Program-made: the position numbers and the translations under genes
Part shown: positions 10,258 to 22,400 of the stretch, one piece after another
How positions within the stretch are numbered: position 1 is the first letter of the stretch
Layout of the letters: each line of letters begins with the position of its first letter
Notes under the pieces: generated by a model
Databases searched by the model: none
What the model was told of the DNA's origin: nothing
Seen by the model: only the letters and a program-made list of their open reading frames with translations
NCBI RefSeq assembly: GCF_902713615.1
Contig: NC_052161.1
Span: forward strand, 86,840,236-86,904,235
Reading direction: 5' to 3'
Length of the DNA: 64,000 nucleotides
Origin: Scyliorhinus canicula
Taxonomy: Eukaryota

Positions 10258-10593
10258 CGGAGACTACTCGAAGTCTATCGCTCCCGGACTCCAGGACATC
10301 AGCAGGACCATCAGCCGATCCGACGACAACTCCTCCACTACGGCGCTCGGCCAGGATGTCAAGGACCACCAAAAGACTGATCGAATCCTTCTAGAGTTCT
10401 AAGCCCCATGGACTTTCTTTTGTAAATATTGTTATGTCTGGGCCAGTGGCAAGCCCCCAAATTTGATAAGGGTACGGAGAGAAAATTATTCTCCCGACGG
10501 CTACTCATATCATCAGTTCTCCCCCCCCCCCCCACCCTGGGTCTCGTTCACACCCCCCCCCCCCCCCCGCCTTCCTTCTCCGTAAGGGGTGAA

Positions 10594-10847
10594 TGTGATG
10601 ATATGATCTGCATACTCGTCTGCCATTGGGCCAGAACGTCGGCTTACCATTGGCCCTGGTCGGTCATGTGCCTCTCGACCGATTGGCCGAGAGGCTGAGT
10701 TAACCACGCCTCTATTAACGAGGTATAAATGCTCAAACACCTGACGATCGTCCCTTTCCACTGTAGACGATCGCAGAGCTGTGTTCTAGTTAATTAAAGC
10801 CAGACTTTGGTAAATCACTCGCCTCGCGTGCAATCGATGGTACATCA
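10594..10847 (+). repeat. 3' LTR
   Basis: Matches 5641-5894 except ATGTTC/ATGCTC. Confidence 0.95.
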
Positions 10848-11440
10848 CCAGAGTAGGTCAGAGGCTGGGAATCCTGTGGAGAGTAACTCACCTCCTGACT
10901 CCCCCCAAAGCCCGCCCACCATCTACAAGGACACAAGTCAGGAGTGTGATGGGAAACTCTCCCACTTGCCTGGACGAGTGCAGCTCCCAACAACATTCGA
11001 GAAGCTCGACAACATCCAGGACAAAGCAGTCCGGCTTGACTGACACGCTAACCACAAATATTCACTCCCTCCTCACTGACGCACAGCGGCAGTCATGTGT
11101 AATGTCTATAAGATGCACCGCAGCGACTCGCCAAGGCTTCTTTAACAACACCTTCCAAACCCTCCACCACTACCGTCAAGAAGGACAAGGGGGGGGGGGG
11201 GTGGTCAGCACATACATGGGGAACACCCACCAGCTGCAAAGATCCCCTTCCAAGCCCCACACACACCATCCCCACTGGCAAATATACTGACCCTTCACTG
11301 TCACTGGGTCAGAATCCTGGAGCTTCCTCCCTAACAGCGCCATGGATGTACCTACACAACGCAGGGACTGCAGCGAGTCCAAGATGGCGGCTCACCCACC
11401 ATCTTCTCAAGGGGGGCAATTAGGGGTGGGGGGATAAACG
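10848..11440 (+). mobile_element. CR1-group (L2/Crack-like) LINE 3' part; target of the Gypsy insertion
   Basis: Decayed QRLGILWRVTHLL..IYK..VRSVM..SPLAWTSA..LDNIQDKA, IHSL..R and GSESWSFLP RT C-terminal motifs. Confidence 0.65.
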
Positions 11441-11498
11441 TACCAACACATTCTAACCGGTCCCTGGAGATGCGCTCTCTCCCCGAGGAATGAGTTAC

Positions 11499-11867
11499 CT
11501 GTGATCACGTCAAGATGTATTTTTGCGCGAGCTTCATAAGCCTTGAATCTGAATTCACACACGAAATAGCCGACGTCCCCAGGCTGAACGTTGGAGACAG
11601 TGAGCGAGAAGTTTCCAGAATGCCACTTGCTGGATATGCGGCTCCTCTTCACCAGGTCCATGTTCCCCTTGCTGGGAGTAGAGCTGTAGTCATAGCGTAA
11701 GATCGTCTTAGCAGACTGGTCGCTCTCGCTCGGATGCCATTTCCACCCGCCCGCGATTTTGGTGATCAGGGTCTGACTCGGAATGTTCACCTGGCAGAGG
11801 AAGGTCACCGTGTCACCCACAGAGGCGTAGATTTTGTCCCTTTCGGTCACCGGCCGGGAATACGATA
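11499..11867 (-). CDS. Host exon: Ig V-set domain of an IgSF cell-surface receptor (CD4/LAG-3/G6F-like candidate)
   Basis: 369-bp stop-free exon with phase-1/phase-1 boundaries. Polypyrimidine..TTGGCAG acceptor (11869-11868) and ACAG|GTAACT donor. IYASVGDTVTFLC, WKW, GNFSLTVSNVQPGDVGYFVC and LDVIT are V-set hallmarks. Confidence 0.9.
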
Positions 11868-11971
11868 CTGCCAAGGTGAAACACAGAGAGAGAGACAGGG
11901 TGAGAGAGACGGAGAGAGAGCGACAGAGTGAGAGAAAGAGACAGAGAGATGGAGTGAGAGAGACAGAATGA

Positions 11972-13198
11972 GAGACAGGGTAAGAGTCAGATTGAGAGAG
12001 AGACAGGGTAAGAGTCAGATTGAGAGAGAGACAGGGTTAGAGTCAGATTGAGAGAGAGACAGGGTAAGAGTCAGATTGAGAGATAGACAGGGTAAGAGTC
12101 AGATTGAGAGAGAGACAGGGTAAGAGTCAGATTGAGAGAGAGACAGGGTAAGAGTCAGATTGAGAGAGAGACAGGGTAAGAGTCAGATTGAGAGAGAGAC
12201 AGGGTAAGAGTCAGATTGAGAGAGAGACAGGGTAAGAGTCAGATTGAGAGAGAGACAGGGTAAGAGTCAGATTGAGAGAGAGACAGGGTAAGAGTCAGAT
12301 TGAGAGAGAGACAGGGTAAGAGTCAGATTGAGAGAGAGACAGGGTTAGAGTCAGATTGAGAGAGAGACAGGGTAAGAGTCAGATTGAGAGAGAGACAGGG
12401 TTAGAGTCAGATTGAGAGAGAGACAGGGTAAGAGTCAGATTGAGAGAGAGACAGGGTAAGAGTCAGATTGAGAGAGAGACAGGGTAAGAGTCAGATTGAG
12501 AGAGAGACAGGGTTAGAGTCAGATTGAGAGAGAGACAGGGTAAGAGTCAGATTGAGAGAGAGACAGGGTTAGAGTCAGATTGAGAGAGAGACAGGGTAAG
12601 AGTCAGATTGAGAGAGAGACAGGGTTAGAGTCAGATTGAGAGAGAGACAGGGTAAGAGTCAGATTGAGAGAGAGACAGGGTAAGAGTCAGATTGAGAGAG
12701 AGACAGGGTAAGAGTCAGATTGAGAGAGACAGGGTAAGAGTCAGATTGAGAGAGAGACAGGGTAAGAGTCAGATTGAGAGAGAGACAGGGTTAGAGTCAG
12801 ATTGAGAGAGAGACAGGGTTAGAGTCAGATTGAGAGAGAGACAGGGTAAGAGTCAGATTGAGAGAGAGACAGGGTAAGAGTCAGATTGAGAGAGAGACAG
12901 GGTAAGAGTCAGATTGAGAGAGAGACAGGGTAAGAGTCAGATTGAGAGATAGACAGGGTTAGAGTCAGATTGAGAGAGAGACAGGGTAAGAGTCAGATTG
13001 AGAGATAGACAGGGTAAGAGTCAGATTGAGAGAGAGACAGGGTAAGAGTCAGATTGAGAGAGAGACAGGGTAAGAGTCAGATTGAGAGAGAGACAGGGTA
13101 AGAGTCAGATTGAGAGAGAGACAGGGTAAGAGTCAGATTGAGAGAGACACAGGGTAAGAGTCAGATTGAGAGAGAGACAGGGTAAGAGTCAGATTGAG
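11972..13198. repeat. 28-bp GA-rich tandem repeat (about 44 copies)
   Basis: Unit GAGACAGGGTAAGAGTCAGATTGAGAGA is highly homogeneous and flanked by degenerate (GA)n. Confidence 0.95.
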
Positions 13199-13478
13199 CG
13201 AGACAAAGAAAGAGAGAGATAGAGAATGACACACAGAGACACCAAGAGACGGAGACAGACAAATAGAGAGTGACAGAGAGAAAGAGAGGGAGGCAGACAG
13301 ATAGGGATAGCGACGGAGACAGAGAGAGCAAAAGAGAGAGAGAGGTGGAGAGCGAGACGGAGCGGGGGAAAGATGGAGAGTGACGGAAAGAATAAGACGG
13401 AGAGAGAGAGAGAGTGTGTAAGAGAGGGAGAACAACAGAGACAGAGTCAATTACAGTTTCAAACACAAGTCAATCAGC

Positions 13479-16400
13479 CACTCCCAGGAAAGGGACAGCA
13501 CGGGGTTAGACACAGAGTAAAGCTCGCTCTGCCCTGTCCCCATCAAACACTCCCAGGACAGATACAGCACGGGGTTAGATACAGAGTAAAGCTCCCTCTA
13601 CACTGTCCCCATCAAACACTCCCAGGACAGGTACAGCACAGGGTTAGATACAGAGTAAAGCTCCCTCTACACTGTCCCTATCAAACACTCCCAAGACAGG
13701 CACAGCACGGGGTTAGATACAGAGTAAAGCTCCCTCTACACTGTCCCCATCAAACACTCCCAGGGTAGGTACAGCACTGGGTTAGAGACAGAGTAAAGCT
13801 CCCTCTACACTGTCCCCATCAAACACTCGTAGGACAGGTACAGCACGGGGTGAGATACAGAGTAAAGCTCCCTTGACACTGTCCCCATCAAACACTCCCA
13901 GGACAGGTACAGCATGGGGTTATATACAGAGTAAACCTCCCTGTTTACACTGTCCCCATCAAACACTCCCAAGACAGGTACAGCACAGGGTTAGATACTG
14001 AGTAAAGCTCCCTCTACACTGTCCCCATCAAACACTCCCAGGACAGATACAGCACGGGGTGAGATACAGAGTAAAGCTCCCTCTATACTGTCCCCATCAA
14101 ACACTCCCAGGACAGGTACAGCACGGGGTTAGATACAGAGTAAAGCTCCCTCTACACTGTCTCCATCAAACACTCCCAGGACAGGTACAGCACGGGTTTA
14201 GATACAGAGTAATGCTCCCTCTACACTGTCCCCATCAAACACTCCCAGGACAGGGACAGCATGGGATTAGATACAGAGTAAAGCTCCCTCTACACTGTCC
14301 CCATCAAACACTCCCAGGACAGATACAGCACGGGGTGAGTGTGGTGAGATAACCACTGTAGTTAAGTGTACTGCAGTAGGGGGATGTATGCCTGTACCTG
14401 TATTACAGGTTCCTCCGGTCAGCCCCTGCCGGCTAGCTCCGCCCACAGGGAGCTTATGTATAAATGTATGAGAGCTACTCAGTCCCTCAGTCTACAGTTG
14501 CGGATGGAGGGACAACATCGTACAGCAATAAAGCCTCTATTGTACTAGTCTCTCGGCTTTGAGTATAATTGTTAGCGCCACAGTGAGATACAGAGTAAAG
14601 CTCCCTCGGCACTGTCCCCATCAAACAATCCCAAGACAGGTCCAGCACTGGGTTAGATACAGAGTAAAGCTCCCTCTACACTGTCCCCATCAAACCCTTC
14701 CAGGACAGATACAGCATGGGGTGAGATACAAAGTAAAGCTCCCTTTACACTGGCCCCATCAAACACTCCCAGCACAGGTACAGCACTGGGTTAGATACAG
14801 AGTAAAGCTCCCTCTACACTGTCCCCATCAAACACTCCCAGGACAGGTACAGCACGGGTTTAGATACAGAGTAATGCTCCCTCTACACTGTCCCCATCAA
14901 ACACTCCCAGGACAGGGACAGCATGGGATTAGATACAGAGTAAAGCTCCCTCTACACTGTCCTCATCAAACACTCCCAGGACAGGTACAGCACTGGGTTA
15001 GATACACAGTAAAGCTCCCTCTGCACTGTCCCCATCAAACACTCCCAGGACAGGGACAGCATGGGTTTAGATACAGAGTAATGCTCCCTCTACACTGTCC
15101 CCATCAAAAACTCCCAGGACAGGACCAGCACGGGTTTAGGTACAGAGTGAAGCTCCCTCTACACTGTCCCCATCAAACACTCCCAGGATGGGTACATCAC
15201 GGGGTTAGATATAGAGTAAAGCTCCATCTACACTGCCCCCATCAAACATTCCCAGGACAGGTACAGCACAGGGTTAGATACAGAGTAAATCTCCCTCTAC
15301 ACTGTCCCCATCAAACACTCCCAGGGCAGGTACAGCACTGGGTTAGATACAGAGTAAAGCTCCCTCTACACTGTCCCCATCAAACACTCGTAGGACAGGT
15401 ACAGCACGGGGTGAGATACAGAGTAAAGCTCCCTCGACACTATCCCCGTCAAACACTCCCAGGACAGGAACAGCACTGGGTTAGATACAGAGTAAAGCTC
15501 CCTCTACACTGTCCCCATCAAACACTCGTAGGACAGGTACAGCACGGGGTGAGATACAGAGTAAAGCTCCCTCGACACTGTCCCCATCAAACACTCCCAG
15601 GACTGATACAGCACGGGGTGAGATACAGAGTAAAGCTCCCTCGACACTGTCCCCATCAAACACTCCCAGTACAGGTCCAGCACTGGGTTAGATACAGAGT
15701 AAAGCTCCCTCTACACTGTCCCCATCAAAAACTCCCAGGACAGGTACAGCACGGGGCTAGATAAAAAGTAAAGGTCCCTCTGCACTGTCCCCATCAAAAA
15801 CTCCCAGGACAGGACCAGCACGGGTTTAGGTACAGAGTGAAGCTCCCTCTACACTGTCCCCATCAAACATTCCCAGGACAGGTACAGCATGGGGTTAGAT
15901 ACAGAGTAAAGCTCCCTCTACACTGCCCCCATCAAACACTCGTAGGACAGGTACAGCACGGGGTGAGATACAGAGTAAAGCTCCCTCGACACTGTCCCCG
16001 TCAAACACTCCCAGGACAGGGACAGCACGGGGTTAGATAAAGAGTGAAGCTCCCTCTGCACTGTCCCCATCAAACACTCCCAGGACAGGTACAGCACGGG
16101 GTTAGATACAGAGCAAAGCTCCCTCTACACTGTCCCCATCAAACACTCCCAGGACAGGTACAGCACGGGGTTAGATACACGGTAAAGCTCCGTGCGCTGT
16201 CCCCATCAAACACTCCCAGGAGAGGTGTAGCACGGGGTTAGATACAGAGTAAAGCTCCCTCTACACTGTCCCCATCAAACACTCGTAGGCCAGGTACAGC
16301 ACGGGGTGAGATACAGAGTAAAGCTCCCTTGACACTGTCCCCATCAAACACTCCCAGGACAGGTACAGCATGGGGTTATATACAGAGTAAACCTCCCCGT

Positions 16401-19400
16401 TTACACTGTCCCCATCAAACACTCCCAAGACAGGTACAGCACAGGGTTAGATACAGAGTAAAGTTCCCTCTGCACTGTCCCCATCAAACACTCCCAGGAC
16501 AGGTACAGCACAGGGTTAGATACAGAGTAAAGTTCCCTCTACACTGTCCACATTAAACACTCCCAGGACAGGTACAGCACGGGGTTAGATACAGAGTAAA
16601 GCTCCCTCGACACTGTCCCCGTCAAACACTCCCAGGACAGGGACAGCACGGGGTTAAATACTGAGTAAAGCTCCCTCTAAACTGTCCCCATCAAACACTC
16701 CCAGGACATATACAGCACGGGGTGAGATACAGAGTAAAGCTCCCTCTATACTGTCCCCATCAAACACTCCCAGGACAGGTACAGCACGGGGTTAGATACA
16801 GAGTAAAACTCCCTCTACACTGTCTCCATCAAACACTCCCAGGACAGGTACAGCACGGGTTTAGATACAGAGTAATGCTCCCTCTACACTGTCCCCATCA
16901 AACACTCCCAGGACAGGGACAGCATGGGATTAGATACAGAGTAAAGCTCCCTCTACACTGTCCCCATCAAACACTCCCAGGACAGGTACAGCACGGGGTG
17001 AGATACAAAGTAAAGCTCCCTCGGCACTGTCCCCATCAAACACTCCCAGGACAGGTCCAGCACTGGGTTAGATACAGAGTAAAGCTCCCTCTACACTGTC
17101 CCCATCAAAAACTCCCAGGACAGGTACAGCACGGGGTTAGATACAGAGTAAAGCTCCCTCTACACTGTCCCCACCAAAACTCCCAGGACAGATACAGCAC
17201 GGGGTGAGATAGAGTAAAGCTCCCTCTACATTGTCCCCATTAAACACTCCCAGGACAGGTACAGCACGGGGTTAGATACAGAGTAAAGCTCCCTCGACAC
17301 TGTCCTCGTCAAACTCCCAGGACAGGGACAGCACGGGGTTAGATACAGAGTAAAGCTCCCTCTACACTGTCCCCATCAAACACTCCCAACACAGATACTG
17401 CATGGGGTGAGATACAGAGTAAAGCTCCCTTTACACTGTCCCCATCAAACACTCCCAGCACAGGTACAGCACTGGGTTAGATACAGAGTAAAGCTCCCTC
17501 TACACTGTCCCCATCAAACACTCCCAGGACAGGGACAGCATGGGATTAGATACAGAGTAAAGCTCCCTCTACACTGTCCTCATCAAACACTCCCAGGACA
17601 GGTACAGCACTGGGTTAGATACACAGTAAAGCTCCCTCTGCACTGTCCCCATCAAAAACTCCCAGGACAGGACCAGCACGGGTTTAGGTTCAGAGTGAAG
17701 CTCCCTCCACACTGTCCCCATCAAAACTCCCAGGACAGGTACAACACGGGGTTAGATAAAAGTAAAGGTCCCTCTGCACTGTCCCCATCAAAAACTCCCA
17801 GGACAGGACCAGCACGGGTTTAGGTACAGAGTGAAGCTCCCTCTACACTGTCCCCATCAAACACTCCGTAGGACAGGTACAGCACAGGGTTAGATACAGA
17901 GTAAAGTTCCCTCTGCACTGTCCCCATCAAACACTCCCAGGACAGGTACAGCACGGGGTTAGATACAGAGTAAAGGCTCCCTCTACACTGTCCCCATCAA
18001 ACACTCTCAGGACAGGTACAGCACGGGGTTAGATACAGAGTAAAGCTTCCCTCTACACTGTCCCCATAAACACTCCCAGGACAGGTACAGCACTGGGTTA
18101 GATACAGAGTAAAGCTCCCTCCACACTGTCCCCGTCAAGCACTCCCAGGACAGGGACAGCACGAGGTTAGATACAGAGTAAAGCTCCCTCTACACTGTCC
18201 CCATCAAACATTCCCAGGACAGGTACAGCACAGGGTTAGATACAGAAGTAAAGCTCCCTCTGCACTGTCCCTATCAAACACTCCCAGGACAGGCACAGCA
18301 CGGGGTTAGATACAGAGTAAAGCTCCCTCTACACTGTACCCATCAAACACTCCCAGGACAGGTACAGCACTGGGTTAGATACAGAGTAAAGCTCCCTCTA
18401 CACTGTCCCCATCAAACACTCCCAGGACAGGTACAGCACGGGGTTAGATACAGAGTAAAGCTCCCTCTACACTGTCCCCATCAAAAACTCCCAGGACAGA
18501 TACAGCACGGGGTGAGATAGAGTAAAGCTCCCTCTACACTGTCCCCATCAAACACTCCCAGGACAGGTACAGCACGGGGTTAGATACAGAGTAAAGCTCC
18601 CTCGACACTGTCCCCATCAAACACTCCCAGGACAGGGACAGCACGGGGTTAGATACAGAGTAAAGCTCCCTCTAAACTGTCCCCATCAAACACTCCCAGA
18701 CAGGATACAGCACTGGGGTTAGATACAGAGTAAAGCTCCCTCTACACTGTCCCCATCAAACACTCCCAGCACAGGTACAGCACTGGGTTAGATACAGAGT
18801 AAAGCTCCCTCTACACTGTCCCCATCAAACACTCCCAGGACAGGTACAGCATGGGATTAGATACAGAGTAAAGCTCCCTCTACACTGTCCTCATCAAACA
18901 CTCCCAGGACAGGTACAGCACTGGGTTAGATACACAGTAAAGCTCCCTCTGCACTGTCCCCATCAAAAACTCCCAGGACAGGACCAGCACGGGTTTAGGT
19001 TCAGAGTGAAGCTCCCTCCACACTGTCCCCATCAAAACTCCCAGGACAGGTACAACACGGGGTTAGATAAAAAGTAAAGGTCCCTCTGCACTGTCCCCAT
19101 CAAAAACTCCCAGGACAGGACCAGCACGGGTTTAGGTACAGAGTGAAGCTCCCTCTACACTGTCCCCATCAAACACTCGTAGGACAGGTACAGCACAGGG
19201 TTAGATACAGAGTAAAGTTCCCTCTGCACTGTCCCCATTAAACACTCCCAGGACAGGTACAGCACGGGGTTAGATACAGAGTAAAGGTCCCTCTACACTG
19301 TCCCCATAAAACACTCTCAGGACAGGTACAGCACGGGGTTAGATACAGAGTAAAGTTCCCTCTACACTGTCCCCATTAAACACTCCCAGGACAGGTACAG

Positions 19401-22400
19401 CACTGGGTTAGATACAGAGTAAAGCTCCCTCCACACTGTCCCCGTCCAGCACTCCCAGGACAGGGACAGCACGGGGTTTAGATACAGAGTAAAGCTCCCT
19501 CTACACTGTCCCCATCAAACATTCCCAGGACAGGTACAGCACAGGGTTAGATACAGAATAAAGCTCCCTCTGCACTGTCCCTATCAAACACTCCCAGGAC
19601 AGGCACAGCACGGGGTTAGATACAGAGTAAAGCTCCCTCTACACTGTACCCATCAAACACTCCCAGGGCAGGTACAGCACTGGGTTAGATACAGAGTAAA
19701 GCTTCCTCTACACTGTCCCCATCAAACACTCCCAGGACAGGTACAGCATGGGGTTAGATACAGAGTAAAGCTCCCTCTACACTGTCCCCATCAAACACTC
19801 CCAGGACAGGTACAGCACGGGGTTAGATAAAGATTGAAGCTCCCTCTACACTGTCCCCATCAAACACTCCCAGGACAGGAACAGCACTGGGTTAGATACA
19901 GAGTAAACCTCCCCGTTTACACTGTCCCCATCAAACACTCCCAGGACAGGTACAGCACGGGGTTAGATATAGAGTAAAGCTCCCTCTACACTGTCCCCAT
20001 CAAACACTCGCTAGGACAGGTACAGCACGGGTGAGATACAGAGTAAAGCTCCCTCTACACTGTCCCATCAAACACTCCCAGGACAGGTTAAGCATGGGGT
20101 TATATAGAGTAAAGCACCGTTACACTGTCCCCATCAAACACTCCCAGGACAGGTACAGCTCAGGGTTAGATACACAGTAAAGTTCCCTCTGCACTGTCCC
20201 CATCAAACACTCCCAGGACAGGTACAACAGAGGGTTAGATACAGAGTAAAGTTCCCTCTACACTGTCCCCATTAAACACTCCCAGGACAGGTACAGCACG
20301 GGGTTAGATACAGAGTAAAGCTCCCTCGACACTGTCCCCGTCAAACACTCCCAGGACAGGTACAGCACGGGGTTAGATACAGAGTAAAGCTCCCTCTACA
20401 CTGTCCCCATCAAACACTCCCAGGACAGGTACAGCACGGGGTTAGATACAGAGTAAAGCTCCCTCTACACTGTCCCCATCAAACACTCCCAGGACAGGTA
20501 CAGCACGGGGTTAGATACAGAGTAATGCTCCCTCTACACTGTCCCCATCAAACACTCCCAGGACAGGTACAGCACGGGTTAGATACAGAGTAAAGCTCCC
20601 TCTACACTGTCCCCATCAAACACTCCCAGGACAGGTACAGCACGGGGTTAGATACAGAGTAAAGCTCCCTCTACACTGTCCCCATCAAACACTCCCAGGA
20701 CAGGTACAGCACGGGGTTAGATACAGAGTAAAGCTCCCTCTACACTGTCCCCATCAAACACTCCCAGGACAGGTACAGCACGGGGTTAGATACAGAGTAA
20801 AGCTCCCTCTACACTGTCCCCATCAAACACTCCCAGGACAGGTACAGCATGGGGTTATATACAGAGTAAACCTCCCCGTTTACACTGTCCCCATCAAACA
20901 CTCCCAAGACAGGTACAGCACAGGGTTAGATACAGAGTAAAGTTCCCTCTGCACTGTCCCCATCAAACACTCCCAGGACAGGTACAGCACAGGGTTAGAT
21001 ACAGAGTAAAGTTCCCTCTACACTGTCCACATTAAACACTCCCAGGACAGGTACAGCACGGGGTTAGATACAGAGTAAAGCTCCCTCGACACTGTCCCCG
21101 TCAAACACTCCCAGGACAGGGACAGCACGGGGTTAAATACTGAGTAAAGCTCCCTCTACACTGTCCCCATCAAACACTCCCAGGACATATACAGCACGGG
21201 GTGAGATACAGAGTAAAGCTCCCTCTATACTGTCCCCATCAAACACTCCCAGGACAGGTACAGCACGGGGTTAGATACAGAGTAAAACTCCCTCTACACT
21301 GTCTCCATCAAACACTCCCAGGACAGGTACAGCACGGGTTAGATACAGAGTAATGCTCCCTCTACACTGTCCCCATCAAACACTCCCAGGACAGGGACAG
21401 CATGGGATTAGATACAGAGTAAAGCTCCCTCTACACTGCCCCCATCAAACACTCCCAGGACAGGTACAGCACGGGGTGAGATACAAAGTAAAGCTCCCTC
21501 GGCACTGTCCCCATCAAACACTCCCAGGACAGGTCCAGCACTGGGTTAGATACAGAGTAAAGCTCCCTCTACACTGTCCCCATCAAAAACTCCCAGGACA
21601 GGTACAGCACGGGGTTAGATACAGAGTAAAGCTCCCTCTACACTGTCCCCATCAAAAACTCCCAGGACAGATACAGCACGGGGTGAGATAGAGTAAAGCT
21701 CCCTCTACATTGTCCCCATTAAACACTCCCAGGACAGGTACAGCACGGGGTTAGATACAGAGTAAAGCTCCCTCGACACTGTCCTCGTCAAACTCCCAGG
21801 ACAGGGACAGCACGGGGTTAGATACAGAGTAAAGCTCCCTCTACACTGTCCCCATCAAACACTCCCAACACAGATACTGCATGGGGTGAGATACAGAGTA
21901 AAGCTCCCTTTACACTGTCCCCATCAAACACTCCCAGCACAGGTACAGCACTGGGTTAGATACAGAGTAAAGCTCCCTCTACACTGTCCCCATCAAACAC
22001 TCCCAGGACAGGTACAGCACGGGTTTAGATACAGAGTTTTGCTCCCTCTACACTGTCCCCATCAAACACTCCCAGGACAGGGACAGCATGGGATTAGATA
22101 CAGAGTAAAGCTCCCTCTACACTGTCCTCATCAAACACTCCCAGGACAGGTACAGCACTGGGTTAGATACACAGTAAAGCTCCCTCTGCACTGTCCCCAT
22201 CAAAAACTCCCAGGACAGGACCAGCACGGGTTTAGGTTCAGAGTGAAGCTCCCTCCACACTGTCCCCATCAAAACTCCCAGGACAGGTACAACACGGGGT
22301 TAGATAAAAGTAAAGGTCCCTCTGCACTGTCCCCATCAAAAACTCCCAGGACAGGACCAGCACGGGTTTAGGTACAGAGTGAAGCTCCCTCTACACTGTC

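Larger units (their letters stand above)
5641..10847 (+). mobile_element. Full-length young Ty3/Gypsy LTR retrotransposon (Mag-like)
   Basis: 254-bp LTRs (5641-5894, 10594-10847) differ at one base. 5-bp TSD CCAGA (5636-5640, 10848-10852). PPT AAGGGGTGAA. Gag-PR-RT-RH-IN order. Confidence 0.95.

Noticed and set aside
11400-11867. Rearranging Ig/TCR V segment
   Set aside because: The exon includes the G strand and ends in a splice donor. There is no CACAGTG-spacer-ACAAAAACC RSS.
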